A stretch of DNA of 64,000 nt from NCBI GenBank assembly GCA_030141605.1, contig JAQGDQ010000421.1, positions 124,001-188,000 of the forward strand, in the 5' to 3' direction. Both the position numbers and the translations under genes were made by a program. The stretch is from Tubiluchus corallicola. Taxonomy: Eukaryota > Animalia > Priapulida. Of the stretch, positions 1-12,292 are shown piece after piece. The notes below the pieces were generated by a model that worked only from the letters and a program-made list of their open reading frames with translations, was not told where the DNA came from and ran no database searches. Within the stretch, counting starts at the first letter, position 1; each line of letters opens with the position of its first letter.

Positions 1-304
1 GCAAAAGGATTTAGCAAATACAACTCTAGATTTGAGGGATGATGTATCATAGGCAGTAGCGGTGGACAGAAACATCAACAAGTGGAGCGTCCCATATTTT
101 AGAACATATAACGTAAACGACCGCGAACTTAATTGAATTGAAATTAAGTACGTTGTAAAACTCGTGTTTTTGCAGCGTTGCATAATTGTATTTGTTATAT
201 CTTGTATTTGTTCTTGTACTTTGACTTTTTTTGTAATTGTAATTTTTGCCATGATACACTATTGTATTTGTGCAATAAAATGAAATTGAATTGAATTGAA
301 ATTG

Positions 305-616
305 AACATATAATTCTCAATGAACAGCATCGCAGCATAAAAAGACGCCGTTTAAGATGAATTGGGTATATGCTTAGACTACCAGATGATATTCCAGCGA
401 AGATAGCTCTTCAACAAGCCATAGAACCAGCTAAAAAACCTGCAGGTGGACAAATGTTAACATATTTAGATTTTGCACAGAAAGATTTAAACACTTCAGT
501 ATTGATCCTTAGAAATAAATGCACTTGGGGCATTGCGGCAAGCAGGGAGTCCTGGCATAGGGAGGTGAGCAGAATCATGTCCCTGGACGTATGATTCATT
601 GGATGATGATGATGAT
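305..616 (+). mobile_element. 5'-truncated LINE (RTE-like) 3' end
   Basis: ORF remnant (..IKRRRLR*IGYMLRLPDDIPAKIAL..P..GG..) resembles the post-RT C-terminus of RTE-clade elements; ends in a (GAT)n tail. Confidence 0.6.
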
Positions 617-2581
617 TATTTGTTACTTCAATGAATCAAAATACACGTAAGCAATGACAACACTATAGTAACATAGTGATTTACCGCATCAGTTAGTTAT
701 TATGACGAACAAGATTCATTAATAATTAGTTTTTTGCTCTACACAAAATACACAATATTTTTGTTTTTCACACAAAGCTGAGAGGTTTTGTTCTCACATA
801 TACTATTATCATTGTGTACATCATAATTTCTACATAGTTTTAGCTCGCAAAAAGTTTAGTTTCACTTTAAATTTCATTTCATTTTAGGCAGTTATTTTTA
901 AATTTTTAGCTCAAAATGACTTACCTGAATTATGTCAAACAGCGTAAAATACAGAAAGATTTTAACTAATTGGTGCAAAAAAACTCGTATATCCTTTCCT
1001 CGCCAATCCTTCTTCTAACTGAAGGCAACTAGGTCATTGACATCTTTTTGTACTGTTTTGCAGGAAGAAGAGGTCTGAAAGGAAGTTGGCCGAAGAAGCC
1101 AAAGTATTTTATTAATCTCTACACACAGCAATATTTATTTCGACACTATTTCCCAAAAAAGTAAAATTTTTGCCGCACATTAGATACAATGCTGTGAATC
1201 GTGCCAGCGACTTGTGAAACTTTTGAATTTTTTCGAAAAATATGATATTTTGTGCAGACTGGAGTGGGTTTCCTTGCGCGCCTCTCTGCACGTGCTGTCT
1301 GCATGTGAAAAGAATCTGGAGTTCGTGAGAAGCTCGCTTAACAGACTTGCATCATTCCAGGCGAAGACTGAATACAAAATGTACAAACTGTCCTGAAATT
1401 CAGAGTTCAGCTCTAGTTCAGAGCATTAATATGATCAGTGATGAGCAGTAATTATAATACGACATCACTGTGAATGAACATTTATCAACTTGTAAATGAA
1501 CGAATGTCATAATAAATGTGATATAGGTCTACATAATAAGTCTGTTTTTAGGCTCAAGCGTAGAATTCTATAATCAAAGTATGTGACAGATCTTAGCCGT
1601 CTTACTACGTGACGGCACTAAGTCACTGAACTTGATAATGTTTTTTGTAATTGTTTACTGGTGGATCAGTAACATTAATTCCGTTACTAGATACTTGTCA
1701 CTGACAAATGCCTAGCAGCCTAGCATTCTTAAAGTGAGTTAGAAGTGGATGAACTCACAGTCACAGTGCCTGAGTCAACAACATTTAGTTGAACAGTATA
1801 CGATTTTTTTGTTAGACCAGGGTGTTTGTTTTCAGTTCCAGAAGGCAGCTTGAGGATGGGTTGATGTGCCTTACTAAAGTTGTTTACATCTAATTTCCAT
1901 GAATTTATCAGCCCGTAAAAAAGAAAATTTCAGGAACGGAGTTATTCAAGGAAGGCAGCGGGGAAAAAAGCGAATCCCCGGTCGTTGCACCATATAAATG
2001 TATTTTCTACGGAAAGAGTTAAGACTCTCGAGAAGAGGCAGTATGTTACAGGAAGACTTGGTTGGCGCCTTTTGCGTTCATGGAATAACAAAAGTGAACG
2101 ATGGGGAATATTCCATTGTCTCGTTGAATGATCCCGAACATTTCTTATAATGAGATTAATTGATTTGATTTCTGATAGATAGATACCATAATAGACACTA
2201 TCGTCATTAACCGAAATTGCTAATAGCGATTGTCCAAAATGTGCATTTAGGAGTTTTTATATTTAATGATAGGCAACATTTTAAAACAAGTTTCAGCTTT
2301 AGATTTTACAATAATGCAATAGTTATTATTTATTAATTGTTCCTTCGTAGGCCTATCGTTACGTTGTTGTTTTATGCACACGAAAACGTGCAAACTCAGA
2401 AATGTTCACATTAGAAAACACGCCTCAAATCTTAAATAATTTATTAATTAGCTCACGTTTTCATAAATACATTGAATGGACCAAGCGTACGTAAACAAAT
2501 TATGCATCAAAAATAAAATTATAATCCGTTTTAAATGCAATTACTTTACTTATCCTATATTTATGTCAGTAGCTTTATTAA

Positions 2582-2766
2582 AGCTACGACTCCATGTGCG
2601 CGTAATGCGTGATGCGTATTCAGACTGTACGATCACGCATCACGCATTACGGATTTCGCATTACGTACACATGGAAGCACTTCCATGTGTTAAATATAAA
2701 CTGTTTTATACGCATCATGCATTACGGATCACGTTTCACGCATTACGCGCACATGGAGTCGTACCT
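2582..2766. mobile_element. PIF/Harbinger-type (Tourist-like) MITE
   Basis: ~31-bp TIRs AGCTACGACTCCATGTGCGCGTAATGCGTGA / TCACGCATTACGCGCACATGGAGTCGTACCT; TAA on both flanks; internal CGCATTACG repeats. Confidence 0.75.
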
Positions 2767-2992
2767 TAAGTCTGGTTTATTATAGATCTCGTTTTCATGC
2801 ATGGTGAAAACAAGACGACACAGTCAAGGTCTCAGCTGTACCATATGCTGCTGGGCAGACTGACCTGGTCAAGGATATATCATTTATACATCACGTGCAG
2901 TGCATTCCTCGACTACTGAGGCTTCACTGGTGTGACAAACCGCTAGCCTAAAGAACTTGCTTCCTCATCCAAACATCACATAGTTAAAGAGC

Positions 2993-3380
2993 CAGAGCTT
3001 GATTACCCTATAGGCTAGCATAGGCTGCAGCCTATGGTCCCTCAAGCTTGGTGTCCCATACTTTGCATTGTTGAATAATTCATAATTTAAAATAAAATTT
3101 CAACTTAAAAAAAGGAGACCATAAAGTCTGAAAATCAAATTTTTAAGTGGCTCCTCATTCAAGATAAAGGATCCCTGTTTGAGATCCTTTATTTGAGATA
3201 AGGTTCCTCTTTGTGCCCTTAATTTGAAATATGGGGCCCCCAGCTCTGCAAATGTTGCGGAAATACATCAGATGTAAGAAATATTCTAGACGAATGCGAC
3301 TAATTTAGAGAGTGGCTTCGCCTAAAGGGGCCCCATAATTTCATTAGCCTGGAGGCCCCAATAGGTCATAATCCACCCTG
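2993..3380. mobile_element. hAT-type MITE
   Basis: CAG...CTG termini (CAGAGCTTGATTA / TAATCCACCCTG); 8-bp TSD TAAAGAGC / CAAAGAGC. Confidence 0.65.
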
Positions 3381-4379
3381 CAAAGAGCAGCTTTTGTGAT
3401 TGACATCACCATTTTTGATGCTGTATCCTTCTAGAATTCAGCTTATTCTTATAATATGATGACCCAGTTACATTAATTACCTTAACCGACGTAATTAAGT
3501 TTAGCAGATGTGGCTTTAGTATGATCTAGCACAAATTAAGAATTGTGACCAAAAAAACTTACTGTATATTAATCTAGTGCGATCAACTAAACTATGACAA
3601 TATTGCAATAAACTATCATATATCAAAATGAAGTAGTTAAATAATAGAAGTCAGTAGATTTTTGGTCGAGGATCGACTCAAATCGCTACTCATTTAGATA
3701 TTCTTCTTTTTGTTGATCCTGTTGTTGTTGGGTGAGTGTCATGAAACAACACAGGAGTGTACTAGAGTGAATTCAGCATTGATTGGGAGTTTTTCGGTTT
3801 GCCATTGAGAATTTAAAATGGCGGCGAAAATGTCATTTTCGAAAAAAAAACCCAATGCTTGATCATTTCGCAACGCATCGTCATGATATTTTATAGAAAC
3901 ATACTAGAACAAATCCAGCAACGTCTGACAGAGTTGTCATGCATGCATGCTTGTGGCATTGACGTTATTTCCAATCCACTATCCTGAATTCACCGAATAT
4001 CGACCAGTTCGAGTCGAACTTGTTAAATTGTTGACTGTGTAAAAATAAACCTGCATACACAACTGAAGTTTTCTTCGTTTGTACCCTTTTGGCACTAACA
4101 AACGGGATAACGTGTCAACAATTATTATAACATTAATCACATTTCCTCGAAATAGATTGGTTAAGACGCGATAGCCTTTCTACCCTGGTTTACTTCTGAC
4201 CTTCCCCTGAACTATGAAAGCATACTTGCACGTTTTCGTGCATGTAAGAAAGGAAAATCTTAAAATAATTAGACAGTTTCTTTGTAGCTAAAATGGAGAA
4301 TCTGCGACACTAAAAACGTCATTGTAAACCTCAAACGCAACTCTTATTACATCTTAGATATGCTTAACACCATAAACCT

Positions 4380-4890
4380 TATAAAATACCTGTGCGTGAA
4401 CGAATTTGTTTATGTTTATATTGTAACCTTAAACCAAATCGAAGATGAAATGCAGTTATTCTTGAAATGTTCACGTTATCAGGATGATAGACTGACACTT
4501 TTTAATAATATTGAAAATTTGTTCCCTGTATTTTATGCCATACAAAATGACAATGATAAATTGTCTTTTTAACGAGTAGTCAAGATATTGAAATTTGCAG
4601 GATTATTGAAACTTTTCTGGAACAGCCTTCCTGACTAGGAATCAATTATTTTCTAATTAAAATTTAGATACAATTGTGTAAAGAGATCAATTGTGCATAC
4701 TATTTGATGTAATATTGTTGTGATAACTATTTTTAATACTTGTGTAAATTAATTGTTATTTGTTCTGTACGCTCGAGCCGCTTTGTTCCTTTGTTATAAG
4801 ATTTGTCTCTAGTAAATGTTTCTTTCACTGTTGATTAAATCTGTCTTGTTTATTCGTTTGTAATGTAATGTGTGTAATGAGGTTCAATAA
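4380..4890 (+). mobile_element. Degenerate LINE 3' fragment
   Basis: IEDEMQLFLKCSRYQDDR resembles the EDExHFLxxC C-terminal motif of non-LTR ORF2; followed by a T-rich 3'UTR and AATAAA. Confidence 0.5.
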
Positions 4891-5244
4891 AAAACACACG
4901 TACAGACTTTCGTCTGGATTTCCTTTTGTTATTTCCCAAAACGGGACGACTAGCATTTTCTTGGTTTTAATGATTTACGATGACATGAACCTGCAGCTAT
5001 CTTGGCCATAAGCTTCTTTCAGTTTGTTTTCTGACCTATTTCAGCTTCTATGCTTAAAATGTGTCAAGGGTGACGGTTTAGACTTCAGCTAACCCAAATA
5101 TTTCAGAAAGTGGCACACATCAATGTTCATCGATAAATTGCAATGGAAATTTGCAGTCGTGTTTTATAATGCATATTTCAATGGGCATGTTGACTCTTCA
5201 GGTTGCAAGATGGGACAGATTAAATTTTCCAGCTGGGTTATAAG

Positions 5245-5635
5245 TAGGGGTGAGCATTCTCTACCAGAAAGCGAATTCGAATCGAATCGAATTTGTGACT
5301 TTCGAGTTTGAATCGAACCGAATTTCAGTATTTCGAATCCGAATCGAATTCGAACTGAGTTCGAAAGATTCTCGAACAAGTTTTCAAAGCACTAGTATAA
5401 AGCGGTCTTACAAAGATTATGCAAATTATTTGATTTTGTTCTGTGGCAAAACCACTATTAGTTGGTTAAAAATTTTGCACAGAAACTTTAGCTAAAGTGC
5501 ACTAATTGCATGCTGTTTCAAACATTTTAATGATAAAGAACGTATGTGGTTGAAATGCTAAATTATTCTAATATATAACTTTAGGTTCGAATCGTAATCG
5601 GATGTTCGAACTCGAACGATCGCTGCTCTATTCTA
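5245..5635. mobile_element. hAT-type MITE with TTCGAA/GAATC subterminal arrays
   Basis: TAG...CTA termini; perfect 8-bp TSD GTTATAAG (5237-5244, 5636-5643); many CGAATCGAA repeats. Confidence 0.8.
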
Positions 5636-6513
5636 GTTATAAGGATCAGTATATTGCACTTAAATAAGCACAAAAATATTGCTTTTAGACAATATAAGGT
5701 CTAATCACAAAAATGCAAATTTAATTCTTAATGTTAAAAATAGTGACAAAAATTAAAAAAATCCAAGATTATAATAAATTAAGCTTTTCCAATAGCAGCT
5801 GATACAAAAAATACAAGCAGGCTCATAAACCACGCAAAATGATCTACAGAATCATTCACAGACACCAGACGTCATCCGTGACGTTAACGCAAACTTACAA
5901 TAAAGTATGGTATCCTTTCTTTCGAATTTTTTATAACTTCAGAAATACTGTATTTACAAAGGTGTTACTACCTGTATAAGCATATGTTTAACATAGCAAA
6001 AAAGTAATTTGCATTCAAGATCACGTGACATCGGGAAAATAATTCGCAAAGGGAACTGCTTATTAGTTTTGTTTAGTAACTCTCATTTATCATTTACTGT
6101 GTGCAACTAACTTTATAGACGCTTTCAATACTGAAATAAAATTGAAAATTGAATTGTCCTATAAAAACAATTGATCTGGGTTTTATGAAGAAGTACAAAA
6201 CTGTCGATTTAGCAGAGAAACTTTTGAAAAAATAATTAATTATCAAATCATGAGTTGGTAACCCGTTCTGTTACTGTTAGCCAATTTACATAATTATATA
6301 TCAGACGACGTGGTTGCCGTGGAACTCTGAAAGTCTGTGTGTTGGTTTTATATTAGGAAAAAGAAAAGGAGTGGCAGAACAAGATGATGAAGACGAATTA
6401 TATCGCCATTTAATAAAGCTGATTTGCAAAATTGCCCAGAAAGTAAGTGTGTTGACAGTTGACTGTTGATTTATGATTTATGTTAGTTATTGCTGTATTA
6501 AGCTCGTACTTAA

Positions 6514-7180
6514 AGGAGCCATCCAAATATAACGATATCAAGGTAGATGGCAGGAGACGTTGATAACGCCATTATAACCGAAGGTAGGCATCTTTCTATC
6601 TCGGAAGACAATGGAGTGTACGGCAAGAGAGTCAGTTATTGATCACATTGATGGAGCTGTAGCGTCGACTGTGGCAGAGCAATCCGATCCTTGAACCTCT
6701 GGAGTGGCCTCTCCAGGGCGCACGCCTGGGCAAGGTGTATGAAGATCCTGAATTGCCCAGACAACAGGAACCCCCTCTCTTCCTCCCTGGTGTAGTCCAA
6801 AGGAAAGCGGAGCAATACGTTTGGCACCAGGTTGGCTGCAGGAGCTGCCGGAGTCAGTGAGCATGCTGCACTGGTAGGTAGGTTATTTAGTCACGATATC
6901 TGACTTCACGATTTTTTCACACGTGACGTGCTAGCAGCAAACGACGCAAAAAAGGGTGCCGATGCCGTGATAGTTTCCCGTTAATTGACACAAGTGATGT
7001 CCTTGGGAGGAGGAAGCAGTACAAAAAGCTACGTCGGTGTGATATCGATATCATTATAAGGAGTAAGCAGGTGGTGGGGCATATGATAACGCCATTATAA
7101 CGCAAGGTTGATAGGTTCTTGAAATCAGCCAAAAACTTGTGGATATCGTTACATGTGGATTGGCCCAGAAGAGTCCCCTT
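6514..7180. mobile_element. TTAA-flanked non-autonomous DNA transposon (Kolobok-like)
   Basis: TTAA on both flanks with AGG... / ...CCTT ends; subterminal inverted match GCCATCCAAATATAACGATATC / GATATCGTTACATGTGGATTGGC; internal direct repeat GATAACGCCATTATAAC; GC-richer than the flanks. Confidence 0.55.
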
Positions 7181-9369
7181 TTAATGGAGCTGCGAAAAGT
7201 TTTCTGTGAAAGTTGCTATGTATATACTGAACTGCTGCCGCCATTTTTTGGTCAGCGGTGATATCATTGATCAATTAATTGCAAACCGTCATTGCTAATT
7301 GTTTGTTTTATGGCAGATGTTTTTCAATTACTGAGGAAAACAAGCTCATCATTACGTCTGGGTTGTTTTCGTAAAGAGGACACTATTGGCAGCACACAAA
7401 TTCTTGGAATCTTGTCACCAGGTGGCGTAACCAACTATTTTGGTCTTCATGAAGTGCAACTAGCGTTTTTCTCCTTGAAGACATTATCAAAAGATAATAC
7501 AGATCGTAGTAGGCTGCAATAAACTGTTGTTTATACATGTAACATTCCTTGGGTGACCGGTAATGAAGTCACGGGAGGAAAGTCACAGAAAAAAGTCGCA
7601 GGAAAAAAATCACATTATGGCTGTGAAAGAAAGTCAGGTTATTAAACAAAAATATTCAAGTCAGTCACAATTTACTTACGTACCATAAACAAATGAAGTA
7701 ATAAAGTCAACTATTAACTGCTAGTACATAGTGACAACACTATTTGATGACGTTACGTGTATGTGAAAAAAATCTCGTTTTGTTCAAATCTTAGGGTTAT
7801 AGTTAGGCTTACGGTTAAGTTTACTGTTTTCCTGTGATTTTAGTACCTGTGTTCGTTCCTTTAACGTGGCATTACTAAATTCAAAATCAGTGGCTTTATA
7901 CGTATTGTTTAGTTTCATCGTCTTTACTGTCACACTTACACAATAGGTGTGAACTACGAACTATGAACTATGAATTTATTTTCACACATCAAAATACAAT
8001 ATCGTGCACATTAAATAAACAATAAATAAAATAATTTGAGTAGTGCGAGGTGAATGTACGAACATACGGTCATTAACACACTCACCTTACTTAAATGAAA
8101 AAATTATTATAGTTATGCATGCTTCTGTAGATAACTTAATGTAATTGATGTAATAAAGTAAATGATGTAAGAGTAGCAAGGAAACACAAGGAAAACATTA
8201 AGAAAGGAAAACATAATATGTAATTACGATTTTCATATGGACTGCGATGAATGAATAATTTCATTTAAATTGATTTATACAATAATTTACAAATGTGAAG
8301 CTCTACATTTCCTGTGAGCTCCGTAGTAGCAGCGTGAGGTAAATTCTCTATCTCTATTTGCCAATGCTTTGCTGACGTTACCTTTCTCTGTTACTAAACT
8401 ATTCGTTACTGGTATTAACTATAGCGGTAAAAACTCCATATGGTTCATAAACGATCATTCAAGGCATGCGGCTCTTATGATCAGAACTTGTTGTCTAACA
8501 AACTAAGAATGTGCACGAATTTTGATACTTTTGATTCCAAATTAAAAACTTACTTAAACGTTCTTAAAAGCTTTTTGTGATTCCTAAAGACAATATTAAA
8601 CCACCTTTGTAATTTCATGGATTTAATTTTATAAATCGTGAAATGATAACTTAATGCATGATTCTTAGTGATTTCTTTTTACTTTCATAATCCAAGCTTT
8701 TATATTTTAATCTAAATTGAGAACTCACTGGTTTTAACGTCTTTATTTTCTTGATGTATTTTTGATCCACTTTATACACTTTATAATTTTATGTAAATTT
8801 ACTATCTAATTACGTGATGTGTCTGTTATAACTATGGTAAAGCGTGCTAGAGCATATGGACATGGATAGGCCGCTACAGAAAAGTAAAATAAACTTTAAC
8901 TTAACCACACAACACCTAGAAAGGGAAGCGAAACATCAATGTTGGAGTTGATGACAGACAAATGGGATAGATAGTTGTGCTTACCTGCATGTTTGAGACG
9001 AATGATAATTCAAAAATTACAAGGTATCGCACACAACTAAGCACTAAATACAACTAGTGAAGTAATTTGGTGCCTTTGTGTAAGTAGTTCGCAGTCAAGT
9101 GTCAATATAACATTCTTAAATAAAGTTAAAACTGCACAAGATCTTATTACATTATGTGGAGATGGGTAATCTGGTAGGTAAGGTAGATGAGGTAGGTAAC
9201 TGACTTTGGTGGGTTAGCCGGGAAACTGAACAATTAAAAGTAGTTGTGACTCAAGAGAGAAGCAATTTTGGACACAGTCAGTCGGTCTTGGATATAGAAG
9301 GATGGTAATAACCTTCATAGTAATATAATTATTTATTTACTGTACTTAGATTATGGTGCCATCTATTAA

Positions 9370-10085
9370 ACAAAATGCTAGTTATTGCATTGTACATTGC
9401 ATTCTCTGTATAGATCTAGAACTCAAGATTGTGGTTTAGAAATGACGTCAATGCACCCATCTTATATCAAATTGACAATTCGTCGTTGTCAATTGATACT
9501 AAACTCGTTCAAATATATTCCTGTATGTAGAGTTTCATGATGATCCACAAGTATCTGGAGCCTTAGTTTTCCCAAAAATGCTGCTATTGCTGCCATCTAG
9601 AAATCAAAATGGCAGATCACAAATCAAAATAAAAATGTCAGTTAATGCAGAATTTGTTCTAGTATATTCATGTAAAGTTAATGACATTCCACTGCGAACT
9701 GACGAAGATTTACACTTTTTCGAAAATAATGTTATTTGCCACCATCTTGAATTCAAAATGGCAGATCAAAAACCAGATTTTGTCAGTTAACGTGGAATTT
9801 GTTCTAGTATTTTGATAATCCGTTGCAAACTGGCGGAGAGTCTTTGGCTTTGTTTGAAAATAATGTTTTTGCCGCTATCTTGAACCGAAAATGGCGTATC
9901 GAAAATTCGCCCGGTCACTCGATGCGAGATCGTTTTATTATATCCTTGTCGAATTTCATGGCGATTCGTTCGAAAATCACTGAACCTAGGACTTTTTTCA
10001 AAAAGGTCAACCTCAACGACAAGACCAAGAAAAACAAGAACAAGGGCAAGAACAAGAAGAAGAACATGAACAAGAACAACATCCA
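9370..10085. mobile_element. Interspersed repeat with internal CAAAATGGC/GCCATCTT units and an (AAG/AAC)-rich tail (Helentron/HINE-like; class uncertain)
   Basis: Recurring GCCATCT..AA..CAAAATGGCAGATCA units at ~120-130 bp spacing; simple-repeat 3' end. Confidence 0.45.
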
Positions 10086-11017
10086 AATAAGTACTGGTAT
10101 GAGCCCAATTCTTTGACCAAAAACAGTAGTGTTCAGTTTTCGTTTGGGATAGTTTAAATTCGTGTAACTAATTCTTTCTATAAAGAAATGTAGCACAAGA
10201 TAGCATCCGATAAATGAGCTATTTGTAGAATTGTATAGTCATACCTCCACGCTGCACAGGTGCACATGCGCACGCTGCACATGTCAAAGAAATGAGAGAC
10301 CAACTAGATTCGGAATTCGTCAATTATTAGCCTATTCCTTTGCATTTTAATTATTATACATGTATATATTAATTTTTAATGCAAGTTTTCTCTCTGAAAT
10401 AAAAATAGTATTTGCTAAAGACATTTACTATGTCTATGCTAACCGATATTTTTAACAGATAGCAGATCCGCATTGTAGTAATGCTTGTATTCAGATTGAC
10501 TCTTAAAGGAAAGCCCATTTATCTTAATATAGTTATTTGTAACAGAACTGAAGACAGGATGATTTTTCATATACTAACCCATTTTGAAGCCCGATAAAAT
10601 TTGTACATTTTAACACAATTTATACCGCAAAAGCGTTTCTGATGATTAAATAATAGATTAAGGACATAATTAACGGAGGGTGAGCTCAACTATTGATGAC
10701 ATGACAAACTAACATAATTTTCAACAGCACAAACATTCCTCGTGCGTGTTGCATGTGTTTAGGAAAGCGAAAATTGAAGTAGAGCACTACTTTAAGATAT
10801 TCAGTGGGTTGTGCAAAAACTAGCGGAGTTTTATGATAAAAATTCAAATTTCAAATTTACCGCTGTGCTCGCGCGTGAGCTATCGAACGTGTGTAGTTCG
10901 TCAGAAACAGAAACATCTGAACTGAGAGATGCAGCACCCGTTTTTTGTGCAATGGGTTTCCGAAATGCAGGCGCTATTGCCCGTCTAACTAGCGATTTGC
11001 GAAATGCATCAAACAGC

Positions 11018-11146
11018 GAAGAACTAGTGGTGCGAACGTGAAATTGTGTTTGTGTGGTATTAATTCTTTGACGTACGTCATTTTTGAAAAATAGTATGTT
11101 TCCATTCAATATTTTAAAGACTATATTGTTTTGGCCTACAGTTTAA
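11018..11146 (+). repeat. Dispersed repeat; second copy at ~48503-48634
   Basis: GAAGAACTAGTGG...GTGAAATTGTGTTTGT...GTCATTTTTGA...TTCAATATTTTAAA...CAGTTTAA is shared by both copies. Confidence 0.75.
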
Positions 11147-11513
11147 GATTGGGTTTAAAGAAAAGCCCATTGATCCTAATGCAGTTATTTGTGACAGTAA
11201 ATTCAGAGGTAGTGTTTTCCTTTTTAACTGCTTTCTGCTTAGTTCCATTTTATAATATTGGACTGCCGTTCGGTCATAGCGGAGGCAGGACGGATGACCA
11301 CGCGGCCCACACCATTCTGCATGTCTTAATTAAGTCAATCAACGCCTTACCCAAAACAAAATTGGAATAATAGAGTCGAAATGACAATTTATTATTAAGT
11401 ATTACACTTCTGAGCAATACAACCAGCTTACTTAGAAGAGCAGAGTTTGCGGCAAAGCCTGTGAAATGTAAACAGAGCTGCAATGAAAGACACCGGCCAC
11501 TGACAAGGGTCTA

Positions 11514-11639
11514 CAGTAGACCTTCCCTTTTTATAAGCTCAGGCGTGCACGTGACTAATGGCTTTTACTAACACAAGGTCAAAATATGAGTCTGTGCTAG
11601 ATAAAGCCACGTTCACATGCACGCCTGAGAGGTCTACTG
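11514..11639. mobile_element. Tc1/mariner-pogo-type palindromic MITE
   Basis: TA-CAGTAGACCT...AGGTCTACTG-TA; the interior is also inverted (CTCAGGCGTGCACGTGA / TCACATGCACGCCTGAG). Confidence 0.8.
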
Positions 11640-11919
11640 TACTCTCTTGCCAGCATTAAATTTCATTTCTTTAATCTCAGCCCTGAAGTACAATATATTG
11701 AAGTCCCATGTTTGCTTGACGTAAGCACATCTGTGACTTGCAATGACGTAGGCAACAATGTTGTATCACTTTTTTGAAGTGGTTTCTAGGGTATCAGAAA
11801 GTTCTTAGTTTTTCATGCAGTTCGACGCTTAACGAGTCTGCATCGTTCACTCAGCAGCAGGGCCTATTTAATCTACATATACATAGCGGTGGTAGGACCG
11901 AAATCTATTCGCCTTCAAG

Positions 11920-12292
11920 CAGGGGCGTACCAAGACTTCAAGACGCCCTAGGCTGATAGATTTGTCTCGCCCATCTGTATTGTAAATTTATGATTGATTA
12001 TTTACTGAACAGATTAAACAATTAGTTATGGTGTATTAGTAATTCTAGTAACTTAGTCAGTGTTAATTACGTGTATTTGCATAGCGCATATATGCAAGCA
12101 GACTGGGTAACAGCTTGTTGTGTAGGCCACTGGTCTCAGTAACTGCTTGTGGTATGTTATACAATGCTTGCTTTACATGAATAGGAACGGATACACATTT
12201 TATGAGGAGAATAAGAATTTTTTTTAAATTGAGCGCCTAAAATGTGGCGCCCTAGACTATACCCTAGTTAGCCTATTGGTCAATACGCCCTG
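11920..12292 (+). mobile_element. hAT-type MITE, family shared with 56511-56888
   Basis: CAGGGGCGTA / TACGCCCTG termini; TSD CCTTCAAG / CGTTCAAG; the body is the reverse complement of 56511-56888. Confidence 0.8.

Noticed and set aside
7790-7822. Telomere-like TTAGGG (also 24070-24086 and 53668-53682)
   Set aside because: Only one or two degenerate units within transposon-like sequence.
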